Shown here one piece after another: positions 9,017 through 19,546 of a stretch of 64,000 nucleotides of DNA. The notes under the pieces were generated by a model. That model saw only the letters and a program-made list of their open reading frames with translations, was not told where the DNA came from and ran no database searches. Each line of letters begins with the position of its first letter. The stretch's first letter is position 1. A program made the position numbers and the translations under genes. Source of the stretch: an uncultured delta proteobacterium (lineage in GTDB: Bacteria; Myxococcota; Myxococcia; Myxococcales; Myxococcaceae). The stretch lies in assembly GCA_963771175.1 (NCBI GenBank), contig CAVYSY010000026.1, forward strand, positions 256,001 to 320,000. Reading direction: 5' to 3'.

Positions 9017-11395
9017 TCAGTCCACCTTCGCCGCTGACGGCTCTCCAGACCCGTGCGCCTGCCGCACCGGAAGCCACACGTGGAACGTGGCTCCCTTCTC
9101 CTGCCCGCCCTCCACCTCCAGCCGCCCGTTGTGCTTGCGGATGATGCTCAGGCTCAACGTCAACCCCAGCCCCGTCCCCGAGCCCACCGGCTTCGTCGTG
9201 AAGAACGGGTCGAATATCCGGTGCAGGATTTCCGGCGCCACCCCCTGCCCCGTATCGTGGATGCTCACGCGCACCCAGCTCCCCTCCTGCCGTGTCTGGA
9301 TGTGGAGCTCCCCGCCGCCTGGCATGCTCTGCACCCCGTTCATCAACAGGTTGAGGAACACCTGGGCCACCTGCTGCTCCAGGCACTCCACCCGCGGGAG
9401 CTCGCCATAGTCCTTCACCACCTTGATGCGGTGCTTCAGCTCCCCTTGCAGCAGCCGCAGCGCGGACTCCAGCCCCTGATGCAGGTCCACCATCTCCCAG
9501 TTCACCCCGCGCCCCATCGTCGAGAACTCCCGCAGGCTCTCCACAATCCGATTCACCCGCTGCGCCCCCTCGCGCGACTCCTGGATGATGCTGTCCAGCT
9601 CCCCGAGCTGGAAGTCGTAGTCCACCCGCGCCTTCACCTCCGCCAGCCGCCTCAGCGCCGCGTCCTCCGGGGGTAGCGACGCATTCACCTCCGCCTGCGC
9701 CACCTCCACCTGACGCGCCGCCTGCGCGAACTCGCCCATGAACTCGATGTTCGAGGCGATATAGGCCATGGGGTTGTTGATTTCGTGCGCCACGCCCGCC
9801 GCGAGCTGGCCAATCGACGCCATCTTCTCCGATTGGATGAGCTGGACCTGTGCCTCCTGGAGCTGCTGGATGAGCGACTGCTTCTCCGCGTTCTCCCTGT
9901 TCAGCGCCTCGTTGGCGCGCTCCAGCTCGTGCGTCCGGCGACGGATCCGCTCCTCCAGCTCGAGGTTGAGCTGCTCCAGGTTCACCCGCGCCTCGTGCAA
10001 CGCCTGGTTGCTCTGCCCCAGCGTCTGCCCCATGAGCACCAGCCCCTCGCCCGTGCGCTGCAGCTCCGCCACCTCGTAGCGCGGCGGCGGCTGGGTGTAC
10101 TGCCCGTCGCCAATGCGCTGCATGGTGGACTCCAGGTCCGTCAGCGGCGCGGCCAGAGCGGCGCTCAGGCCCCGGGCCTTGCCATACAGCCACAGGAAGA
10201 AGAGCAGGTAGAAGAACGCCAGGATCGCCAGCATGCCCAGGCCCACCCGGTTGAAGCGGATGTTGAGCGCATTGGCTTCGGCGAAGAGCGCCTCCTCGTC
10301 CACCACCACCATCAGCTTCCAGCCCGTCTCCTCCACCGTGGACCAGGCCACCAGCTTGCGCCGCCCGCGCAGCTCCACCGTGGTCAGGTCCGCCGGCCGC
10401 GCCGCCATCTTCTTCGCCAGCTCCTGGCTGTCCTCGCGCTTGTTCAGGTTGAAGGAGTCCGGCTTGAAGGTGTTCTGGGTAATGGCCTCCTGGTACGAGT
10501 GTGTCGTCAGCTCCTCGAGGCCCCAGTCCTCCTCGCCCGCGGGCGGCAGCGCCATGATGGTGCCGCCCTTGTCTATCAACACCCCATACCCCTCCCAGGG
10601 CAGGCGCAGCCGCAGCACCCTGTCCACGATGCGGCTCACCGTCACGTCCAGCCCCACCACCGCCTCCAGCACCTTGCCGCCCTCCAGGTACACGGGCGCG
10701 ATGGCCGAGGCCATCCACCCCTGGCCGGCGGGGTCGATGTAGACGTCCGTCCACACCACGCGCCGCTCGGGGTTGTGCGCCGCGTCCGCCTCGTAGAAGA
10801 AGTTGTAGGAGGGGATGTCCATGGCCGGGGCGTATTGGCTCGGCACGTCCATCGCGGGGTAGATGCGGTTCATGGAATCGCGGGTGTTGACGTAGGCCTG
10901 CGTCACCAGCGGCTGGGTCTCCACCAGCCCCTTCAGCAGCGGGTCGAGCTGCGAGAGCCGCAAGACCTTGGCGCGCTCGGCCTCGCCCACGCGAGTGAGG
11001 GAGGAGTAGTAGACGGAGGCTCGGCCGGGAAGCGAGCGCGTGGTGTAGAAGACGCCCTCCGGGCTCATGCCATAGCGGGCCTGCTCCTCGGCGTCCGGAG
11101 TGTAGGGCGTGGCGTAGGCATGCTCCGTCTGCCGGCGGAAGAGCTCGGTGGCCTGGCTCACCTCGGAGAGCTGCTGGGCGATGAGGGCCGAATCCCTCCC
11201 GACCGTCTCTCGGAGCTGCTCCACGGCCAGCCGCCGCGTGGCGTCGATGTTGGCATCGCGGATGAGGCGGTTGGTGCCCAGGTACGCGCCGACGAGCGCC
11301 AGCTCGATGAAGATGATGGGGATGAGCGCACTCCGCCGGTAGGAGCGCCACAGCAATTGGAGCAGCGACGGCAGCGAGGGAGGGGTGTCGTTCAT
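9017..11395 (-). CDS. Sensor histidine kinase with Cache sensor domain
   Basis: Two TM helices around Cache-like WTDVYIDPAGQGWM; H-box LAAGVAHEINNP; N-box VFLNLLMN; DTGQG; FDPFFTTK; GTGLGL. Confidence 0.95.
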   Translation of the reverse strand: MNDTPPSLPSLLQLLWRSYRRSALIPIIFIELALVGAYLGTNRLIRDANIDATRRLAVEQLRETVGRDSALIAQQLSEVSQATELFRRQTEHAYATPYTPDAEEQARYGMSPEGVFYTTRSLPGRASVYYSSLTRVGEAERAKVLRLSQLDPLLKGLVETQPLVTQAYVNTRDSMNRIYPAMDVPSQYAPAMDIPSYNFFYEADAAHNPERRVVWTDVYIDPAGQGWMASAIAPVYLEGGKVLEAVVGLDVTVSRIVDRVLRLRLPWEGYGVLIDKGGTIMALPPAGEEDWGLEELTTHSYQEAITQNTFKPDSFNLNKREDSQELAKKMAARPADLTTVELRGRRKLVAWSTVEETGWKLMVVVDEEALFAEANALNIRFNRVGLGMLAILAFFYLLFFLWLYGKARGLSAALAAPLTDLESTMQRIGDGQYTQPPPRYEVAELQRTGEGLVLMGQTLGQSNQALHEARVNLEQLNLELEERIRRRTHELERANEALNRENAEKQSLIQQLQEAQVQLIQSEKMASIGQLAAGVAHEINNPMAYIASNIEFMGEFAQAARQVEVAQAEVNASLPPEDAALRRLAEVKARVDYDFQLGELDSIIQESREGAQRVNRIVESLREFSTMGRGVNWEMVDLHQGLESALRLLQGELKHRIKVVKDYGELPRVECLEQQVAQVFLNLLMNGVQSMPGGGELHIQTRQEGSWVRVSIHDTGQGVAPEILHRIFDPFFTTKPVGSGTGLGLTLSLSIIRKHNGRLEVEGGQEKGATFHVWLPVRQAHGSGEPSAAKVD

Positions 11396-11476
11396 CGGAG
11401 GTGTCGTGTCGAGGGGCCGTCGTCACCGGATGTTACAGGACAGGCCTCTTCGAGCGGAGAGCCCCCCCTCGGCCGG

Positions 11477-11568
11477 CTATGCGGCGAGGAAGCCGCCGTC
11501 GACGGACAGCGGCGTGCCGGTGACGTAGCCCGCGCCGTCGGAGCACAGCCAGAGCACGGCTCGGGCAG
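11477..11568 (-). pseudogene. C-terminal remnant of an SDR oxidoreductase
   Basis: ARAVLWLCSDGAGYVTGTPLSVDGGFLAA-stop is a typical SDR C-terminus; no SDR sequence upstream. Confidence 0.75.
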
Positions 11569-11618
11569 AGTGTCCGGGCACCGGATATGGCACCATCACC
11601 AGAACCCGGAGTCCGCCC

Positions 11619-12998
11619 ATGAGCGCCACGCCCTCGGTCGCACCGCCCACCGCCCCCCGCATCGCCACCGGCCCTCGCGGCCTCCCCATCATTGGAGTCA
11701 TTCGCGACGTCCGGAAGGATGTCCTGGGCTGGCTCACGCGGACGGCGGCCGAGCACGGACCCGTAGCGCAGTACCGCTTCGGCCCCGGGCGCGCCTACCT
11801 CGTGACGCACCCGGATGGGCTCAAGCACGTGCTGCAAGACCACGTGAAGAACTACACGAAGGACCACTACAGCTATGCCATGGTCCGCCGCATCATCGGC
11901 GATGGCCTGCTCACGAGCGGGGGCGAGACGTGGCTCAAGCAGCGCAGGCTCGCGCAACCGGCCTTCCACCGGGCGCGCATCTCGGCGATGGCGGAGCAGA
12001 TGGTTCGAGCGACGGCGGAGCTCTCGGAGCACTGGGCCGAGTCCCAGCGCACGGGAGAGCCACGCCATGCGACGCGGGACATGATGGCGCTCACCCTGCG
12101 CATCGTCGGCGAGGCCCTGCTCGGAACCGACGTGCGCGCGGAGACCGAGGCCGTGTCAGTGGCCTTCAACGTCCTCAGCGAACAGACGGTCGAGCGGTTC
12201 CGCTCGCTGCGTCTCATCCCTCCCGTCCTGCCCACCGCCTATGACCGGGCATTCCGCCAGGCGACCCACGCCCTGAGGGAAGTGGTGATACGGGCCATCG
12301 CGAAGCGCCGTGAGCACCTGGAGGACAAGGGAGACCTGCTGTCCATGTTCATGCTCGCGCGAGACGAGGAGACGGGCGTGCAGATGGATGATGAGCACCT
12401 GCGCAACGAGGTGCTGACGATGCTGCTCGCGGGTCATGAGACCACCGCGACCGCGCTCTCGTGGGCCTGGGCGCTGCTCGAGCAGAACCCGGACGCGGAA
12501 CGGAAGCTCCACGCGGAGCTGGATGCCGTGCTCGGCGGCCGCCTGCCCACGGCGGAGGATGTCCCGCGCCTCGTGTACACGCGCAGGGTGCTGGACGAGA
12601 CGATGCGCCTCTACCCTCCCGTCTACGTCCTGAGCCGCAAGGTCGTGGAGGACGACACGGTCTGCGGCTACCAGGTGCTCGGCGGGTCGACGGTCGACAT
12701 CAGTCCCTACGTCACGCACCGCCTGCCGGAGTTCTGGCCGGACCCCGACCGCTTCGAGCCGGATCGCTTCACGCCCGAGCAGGTCGCCGCGAGGCCGAGG
12801 TACGCGTACTACCCGTTCCTCGGAGGTCCCCGTCAGTGCATCGGCAACAACTTCGCGCTGATGGAGGGCACGCTGATCCTCGCGACGCTCGCACAGCGGC
12901 ACCGTCCGAGGATGGTGGCCGGCTACACGCCCACGCCCGAGCCGCTCATCACGCTGCGTCCGTCTGGCGAGCTCCCTGTCACGCTCACCGCGCGCTGA
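11619..12998 (+). CDS. Cytochrome P450
   Basis: AGHETT I-helix, ETMR ExxR, PDRF, heme ligand PFLGGPRQCIG. Confidence 0.96.
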   Translation: MSATPSVAPPTAPRIATGPRGLPIIGVIRDVRKDVLGWLTRTAAEHGPVAQYRFGPGRAYLVTHPDGLKHVLQDHVKNYTKDHYSYAMVRRIIGDGLLTSGGETWLKQRRLAQPAFHRARISAMAEQMVRATAELSEHWAESQRTGEPRHATRDMMALTLRIVGEALLGTDVRAETEAVSVAFNVLSEQTVERFRSLRLIPPVLPTAYDRAFRQATHALREVVIRAIAKRREHLEDKGDLLSMFMLARDEETGVQMDDEHLRNEVLTMLLAGHETTATALSWAWALLEQNPDAERKLHAELDAVLGGRLPTAEDVPRLVYTRRVLDETMRLYPPVYVLSRKVVEDDTVCGYQVLGGSTVDISPYVTHRLPEFWPDPDRFEPDRFTPEQVAARPRYAYYPFLGGPRQCIGNNFALMEGTLILATLAQRHRPRMVAGYTPTPEPLITLRPSGELPVTLTAR

Positions 12999-13013
12999 GC
13001 CACTGATGCGGCC

Positions 13014-13630
13014 ATGGAACGGACATGCACAGTCCGCCAGGACGCGCCCATCGTCAGCCCGTATTCCATGGACCTGGCGGATCGGCATCTGGTTCTCCAG
13101 CGGCCCACCGGCAAGGTCCTGCTGCCCGCGAGACTCCTCGCCTGGTATCCCAGGGCGGCACTGGGCTCGGGGGTGATGGAGGCGCTCATCGCCCACCGTG
13201 AGGGCCGCGTGGACGAGCGGATGCTGAAGCTTGTCCGGGTGCAGACCTCGTTCGCCATTCCCTCTCCTGCCCCTTCTGCGTCGACATGAACTCCGCCGAG
13301 TACCAGAAGGCGGGTCTGAAGCCGGAGGAACTGGAGGCGCTGCGGGGCGGCACCGACGTGGACGCGGTGGACAGCTTCTCCCAGGGGCAGCGGCTGGCCC
13401 TGCGCTACTGCAAGACCCTGTCGCGCAGCCCCATTTCCGTCCCGCCCGAGCTGGTCGCGGAGCTGAAGGCGCACTTCACCGAGCGCGAGCTGGTCGTCCT
13501 CGCGAGCACGGCGGCCCAGGTCAACTACTGGGGCCGGCTCATCCAGGGACTGGGCATTCCTCCCGCGGGATTCTCGGAGCACTGCGAGCTGCCGTCACGG
13601 CGGTCGAACAGGGTCGGGCTTGCAGAGTGA
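13014..13630 (+). CDS. Carboxymuconolactone decarboxylase/AhpD-like protein (indel near 13265)
   Basis: Joining frames gives KLVRVQTSFAI..CPFCVDMNSAEY, then ELKAHFTERELVVLASTAAQVNYWGRL. Confidence 0.8.
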
Positions 13631-13786
13631 GGGGGGCGAGCAGCTAGCCCGCCCCCATCCCCGCTAGTGAATGAAGACGCCGTTACCGAACATGGCGTCC
13701 AACGCTCCATAGTGGGCGCTCCACGGTGGACGGCAGGGTCTCCGGCTGGACGCTCCTGAGTGGGCGTGTCCACCCGGCAGGAAGCG

Positions 13787-14641
13787 TCAGCGCTTGAACG
13801 CCACGGCGACCGCGTCGGCGAGCGGCGTCGTGGGACGACCGATGAGGCGGCGCAGGTCGCCGGAGGAGTCGTTCAGCTCGCCGCGAGAAGCGCCGACGTC
13901 GGAGTCCGCCAGCATCTCGGCGTAGGGCCCCGGCAGACCGGCCCGCGAGCACGCCCTGGTACTGCTCGGGCGGCAGGTCGTGGTAGGCGATCGGCTTGCC
14001 GGCCTGGCGCGACACCTCGGCGGCGAGCTCGGCCATGGTGAACGGCCGTCGCCGGCCAGCTCGTACACCTTGTTCTCGTGCCCCGAGCCGGTGAGCACCG
14101 CCACCGCGGCCGCCGCGTAGTCGGCCCGGGTCGCGGCCGCGATCCGGCCGTCGCCCGCGCTGCCGACGATCGCGCCGTGCTGCAGCGCCGGCGCGAGGTT
14201 CTCGGTGTAGTTCTCCGTGTACCAGCCGTTGCGGAGGAAGACGTACGGCAGGCCGGAGGCGCGGATCAGTCTCCTCGGTGGCCTTGTGCTCCGCGGCGAG
14301 CGCCATGCCGCGAGGTGTCGGCGTGCAGGATGCTGGTGTAGGCGAGCAGCCGCACGCCGGCCTTCTTCGCCGCCGCGACGACCGCGTGGTGCTGCGGCGA
14401 CCCGCTGCCCGACCTCGCTGGAGGAGATGAGCAGGATCTTCTCCGCGCCGGCGAAGGCCGGCCCGAGCGTCTCGGGCTGGTGTAGTCCGCCTGGCGGACC
14501 TGGACGCCCCGCGCGGCGAGGTCGGCGGCCTTCTCGGGGTTCCGCACGGCGGCGACGATCTGGCTGGCGGGGACCTTCTTGAGCAAGCTCCTCGATGACG
14601 AGGCGGCCGAGCTGGCCGGTGGCTCCGGTGACGACGATCAT
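13787..14641 (-). CDS. NAD(P)H:quinone oxidoreductase, YtfG/QorB-like SDR (several indels)
   Basis: MIVVTGATGQLG, LLISSSEVGQR, LRNGWYTENY, YELAGD, LIGRPTTPL spread over frames. Confidence 0.88.
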   Translation of the reverse strand: MIVVTGATGQLGRLVIEELAQEGPRQPDRRRRAEPREGRRPRRAGRPGPPGGLHQPETLGPAFAGAEKILLISSSEVGQRVAAAPRGRRGGEEGRRAAARLHQHPARRHLAAWRSPRSTRPPRRLIRASGLPYVFLRNGWYTENYTENLAPALQHGAIVGSAGDGRIAAATRADYAAAAVAVLTGSGHENKVYELAGDGRSPWPSSPPRCRARPASRSPTTTCRPSSTRACSRAGLPGPYAEMLADSDVGASRGELNDSSGDLRRLIGRPTTPLADAVAVAFKR

Positions 14642-14703
14642 GGGTGTCACTCCTGGCGTGAAAACTGCGTTGAAACGCGGGACTGACCCGTAACGGCGCA
14701 CTA

Positions 14704-14730
14704 ACTTTTCGAAAGTACCCACCTTAAGGT
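14704..14730. promoter_or_regulatory. Putative HxlR/QorR-type operator pair
   Basis: ACTTT-TCG-AAAGT (14704-14716) and ACCTTAAGGT (14721-14730) palindromes between the divergent genes. Confidence 0.55.
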
Positions 14731-14741
14731 AAGCTACTGAC

Positions 14742-15179
14742 ATGACAGCGACCAAGAAGCCCAGGCACTGCGCAAGGCCATGACGAAGTGGCCGAGCAGC
14801 GGGGTGACCTGTACGCGCCCGCCTGCCCGTCACGCGGGGTCCTCGATCACGTCACCAGCCGCTGGGGCGTGCTGGTGCTGGTGGCCCTGCTGGAGGGCAC
14901 GCACCGCTTCAGCGAGCTGCGGCGCAAGGTGGCGGGCGTGAGCGAGAAGATGCTCGCCCAGACGCTGCAGGCTCTGGAGGAGGACGGCTTCGTGCTGCGC
15001 GAGGTCTATCCGGTGATTCCTCCGCGCGTGGACTACAGCCTCACCCCCATGGGCGCGAGGTCGCCGCGCACGTGGAGGCGCTCGCCGACTGGATTGAGGA
15101 GAACCTGCCCCGCATCTTCGCCGCTCGCGCCCAGCACGTCCCCAGCGCCACACAGGTGACACTCACGCCCCGGCGCTGA
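14742..15179 (+). CDS. HxlR family winged-helix regulator (YtfH/QorR-like; indels)
   Basis: CPSRGVLDHVTSRWG, RFSELRRKVAGVSEKMLAQTL, PPRVDYSLT. Confidence 0.9.
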
Positions 15180-15386
15180 GCACCCTCATCTCGCGAGAAC
15201 GCTTTCTCGAATCGGGCGAGCCGCACGGAATCCAACCGTGCCGCTCGCCCGCCTGTTCGCGCGGGCATGTGTGCCGTCCACGAGACAACGCACGCGCGCA
15301 TAGCGCCACGCTCCCACACTCCCCGTGCCGACGAGCCATTCCTAGTTCTACGGCCTCACGCGCAGTGCGTGCCTCGAACAAGGGGG

Positions 15387-17812
15387 ATGGCTGTGGGACT
15401 GGAACACGCGACGCTCCGAGGCATCCTGCGGCACACGGGCCCGCTCAGGAAGTGGCCGCTCGTGGCCGCCCTCTGGGTGGCGCCCGCCTGGGCCGAGCTC
15501 CCGCTCCGAAAGAAGACATTTCCCAATCTCGCCGAGAGCGCCTCCTCCCGGCACCAACTGGACTCGTCGCTGGACAATGACAGCGAGGAGGCCCCGCCCG
15601 AGTTCACCATCGGACCCTCGGCGCCCGTGGCCCCCGGCGAGCGCCGCTGGGTGCGCAAGTTCGAGCGCGCGGACCTCACCTCCTATTTCGCCGAGGGCGA
15701 GCTCGCCAAGGCCAAGGCCGCGTATGACCGGGGCCGCTACCGCACCGCGCGCCAGTTGCTGGAGACCCAGGACGCCACGCCGCCGGTGCGCTACCTCCGG
15801 GCGATGAGTGCCCTGCGCATGGGCCAGTGGCTCACGGCGGCCGAGGAGGCCGCCTGGGTCGCGCAGGCCCACCCGGCCCTGCGGGACTACTGCCACTTCG
15901 AGTCGGCGCGCGCCTACGAGCGGATGCGCAAGTGGACCGAGGCCCTCCAGCAGTACGCCGCCGCGTCTCCCGGGCGCGGCGCTACGAGGAGGCCCGCTTC
16001 GGCATGGCGTACATCCTCGAGAAGAAGAAGCAGGACTACGCCGGGGCCGTGGCGGCGCTCACGCCCATCGTCCAGACGGAGTCGCCCAAGCCCAACAACC
16101 CCGCGCAGGCCGAGGCGTGGCTGACCATCGCCCGGCTGGCGCGCTACCAGGCCGACTACAATGGCGAGCACCGGGCACTCCTGGCGGTGTGGGCGCTGCA
16201 CCCCGTCTCCAGGGAGGTCCCGCGGCCGTGAAGGGGCTGCGTGACTTGCCCGACGCGCCCAAGTGGCAGGTGGCGCGCGCCGAGACGCTGCTGTCGCTGC
16301 ACCACAACGGCGAGGCGTTGCAGCTGCTGGAGAAGCTGCTGCCGAAGATGGATGCTGCCGGACCCGCTCGCCTGCCGCGCGCACTTCGCGTACGGCACGG
16401 CCTGGCGCAAGGAGCGCAAGCACTCGCTGGCCATCCGCGCGCTGCGGCCCGTCATCGAGCAGTGCCAGGACGCCGCGCTCCGCCCTCGCGCGCTGTTCGT
16501 GCTGGGCTACTCGGAGTCGGTGGTGGAGCCGGAGTCCTCCATCGGCACCTACCTGAAGCTGGCGCAGGAGTACCCGGAGCACATGTACGCGGATGACGCG
16601 CTCTTCTACGCGGCGCACAAGGCGCTGGAGCGTGGGGAGAAGGTCGCGGCCATGGGCTACCTCGACCGGCTCATCGCCCACTACCCGACAAGCAACTTCG
16701 CGGCCGAGGCTCTCTTCCAGCGCTTCTGGGTGTACCGCGCCGAGGGCCAGCACGACGCGGCGCTCGAGGCGCTCTCCCGCATCGAGGCGCTCCAGGGAAG
16801 AGGCTCCACGCAAGAGTCGGTGCAACGCGCCCGCTACTGGCGCTCGCGCACGCTGCAGACGCTGGGCCGCATCGAGGAGGCCCACACGCTGATGGAGCGG
16901 GTGGCGGTCGAGGGGGCGTCCACGTGGTACGGGCTGCTGGCGCGCTCTCGTTTGACACACGAGGCCCCGGAGCGGGCCCGCGCCATCACCGAGCGGCTGA
17001 AGACGCCCCTGAGCCCCACCGAGGTCTGGCCGCTGGACGCGGGCAACCTCGCGGAGGAGCCGCACTTCCTCACGGGCATCGAGTTGCTGCGGCTGGAGCA
17101 CCGGGAGGCGCCCGCGGAGCTGCTCGCGGTGGACCGCCGGGGCCGCAACGAGGAGTCCATCCGCCTCCTCTTCCACATCCTCCACACCTCCGGCTACGAG
17201 CGCCATGCGCGCACCGTCGCCTGGGCCCTGCGGCGAGAGGGGCTGGCGGCGCCCACCGAGGCCGAGACGCGCCTCATCTACTCGGCGGCCTACCCGCACA
17301 GCTTCCGGAACCTGGTGGTGCGGCACAGCCGGGCGGCCCGGGTGAACCCGGACCTGATGCAGGCCCTCATCCGCGAGGAGAGCGCCTTCAACCCCAATGC
17401 GCGCTCGGCCACCGGGGCGCTGGGGCTCGCGCAGCTCATGCCACAGACGGCCTTCGCGGTGGCCCGCCAGCTCAACGTACCGCTGGCCACGTCCACGGCG
17501 CTGCTCGAACCCCACGAGAACATCCGCCTCGGCTCGGCGTACCTGGGCAGCCTGCAGCGGCGCTTCGCGGGCAACCCGGCCTACGCGGTGGCCAGCTACA
17601 ACGCCGGCCCCGGCGCGGTGGACCGCTGGTTGTCGCGCTTCCCCGATGCCGAGCTGGACGAGTGGGTGGAGCAGATTCCGATCGAGGAGACGCGCCTCTA
17701 CGTCAAGCGCGTGCTCGGCAGCGCCGCGACGTATCAACTCCTCTACGCCTCGGGACCCTTCCCCACCCTGGCCTTCGGGGAGCGAGGCTCCAATTATGCG
17801 GGCTCTCGCTGA
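15387..17812 (+). CDS. Soluble lytic transglycosylase with TPR repeats (Slt70-like; indels about 15970-16350)
   Basis: C-terminal SLT motifs LIREESAF, GALGLAQLMPQTA, ASYNAGPG, EETRLYVKRV; helical repeats upstream. Confidence 0.9.
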
Positions 17813-17820
17813 GCCCGCCC

Positions 17821-18626
17821 ATGTCATTCGACGAGATTCACGAGTCCAACACCCAGTTCCAAGGCGCCTGGCGCTTCTTCGCCCGGAGCAGTGTCGCAGG
17901 TGAGGTGCTCGACCTGCCCGAGGTCCGCATCGCGTCGAGCAACGTCTCCTGGTCGATGTTGAACGCGGCCTTCCTCCCCTCCCCGGTGGAGACGGAGGAG
18001 GCCCTGGAGCGGGCAGCGGCCACCGCCGCGAGCTACTTCATCCCCAAGGGGCGAGGCTGGATGCTCGCCTTGTGTGAGGACCAGGTGCCCCCGCGGCTGT
18101 GGACTCGGGCCGGGGAGCTCTTCGCCGTGCACGGGCTGAAGCTGGCCCTCGTGGCCACTGGCATGGTGGCCGAGCGATTCTCGCGCCAGCCCTCCGGCCC
18201 CTGCCGACGATGGAGATCCGCCAGACGACGGACTCGGCCGGGAGGAGCCACCTCGCGGACATCAACGCCCGCTGTTACGACATGCCGCTCGCGATGGGGC
18301 GCGAGGCCTTCGACGTGCCGGCCCTCTTCGAGGGTGACGGCAAGGGCTACGTCGGCTTCCGCCAGGAAGAGGCCGCCAGCGCCGCGGCCGTCATCCGGGT
18401 GGACGACGTGGCCTACATCTCGATGGTGGCCACCCTGCCCGCGCACCGACAGCTCGGCTGCGCCGAGGCCGTCATGCGCCGGGCGCTCGACGAGGCGAAG
18501 CGTGCCTGGGGAATCGAGCGGACGGTGCTGCACGCCACGCCGGCGGGGCTCCCCGTGTACCGCCGCATGGGCTACCGGCCCGTGACGCGCTTCCACTTCT
18601 ACATGGCCGCGCCCCCGGGCCGGTGA
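17821..18626 (+). CDS. GNAT family N-acetyltransferase (indel near 18180)
   Basis: VATLPAHRQLGCAEAVMR motif A; LHATPAGLPVYRRMGY. Confidence 0.85.
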
Positions 18627-18632
18627 GTCGGC

Positions 18633-19496
18633 TCAGCGGCTGGCGCCAGGCAGCGCGAGCGCCCCTTGCAGCTCGCGCAGCTTCGTCTGGATGGCGCGGG
18701 CGTTGGCGGGCCCCATGCGCAGCAGGTGCTTCTGGGCGGCGCTGGCTGCCCCAGCTCCGGGGCCGCGTAGGTGTAGTTGACCCCCGGCGTGTCCACCACC
18801 TCGAGGTCCCCCTCGGGCACCGGGGTGTCGAGCAGCTTCTGGATGGCGTTGGCCAGCGTCTGGTCGAAGCGCTGACCGGGGCGGCTGATCTCCTGGTACG
18901 CATCGTTGATGAGCGGCTTGATGGCCTTGTACGTCCGCGCACTGCCCTGCGTGTCGAGCGAGGCAAAGACGCGCGCCACGGTGTCATAGCGAGCGAAGCT
19001 CTCGGGGGCGATGACGGTGCGGCCGTCGCGCTCGACGACCTGGAAGGCCCCCTGGGGCGCCATGAACGAGAGCGCGGCGCGAGGGCTCTCCCCTCGGCGA
19101 TGTTGCCAATGGCCGAGGTGAAGCGCCGGACGAGGTCCTCGGTGGAGGCGAGCCACTTCCGCAGCTCGGGCTCGGCGGACAGCGGGTCCACGAGCTCGCG
19201 CACGCGGACGTCGCTCTGCCCCAGCGCCGGCAGGTTCGGGTCACGGGCTCGGAGGCCTCGTCGGTGGAGGGAGCCGGAGGAGCCTCGGCCACGGGCGGGG
19301 CGGCGGGCGTGGCCGGAGCGGCCGGCTCCTCGACGCCACGCAGGAAATAGACGAGGAGAATCAGGACGCCCACCGCCACGAGGACGCCGACGGCCACGAA
19401 GACGCGATTGCGCGGGGAAGCAGACGGAGGCGGAGGTGCGCCGAAGGGTTCGCCGGCGGACGTGCCTCGAGGCGGCTGCGGCTGCGGTTCGCTCAT
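18633..19496 (-). CDS. DUF3014 family protein (indels)
   Basis: Single TM then Pro-rich linker; [42 protein letters not shown]. Confidence 0.78.
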
Positions 19497-19546
19497 GACT
19501 CCTCCAGAAGGGTGTGTCGGGTGGGGGAACGACTCGCACCCCCCGA

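Noticed and set aside
8868..12244. Long Arg/Gly/Ala-rich alternative-frame and antisense ORFs here and throughout
   Set aside because: Expected shadows of high-GC coding sequence; no motifs
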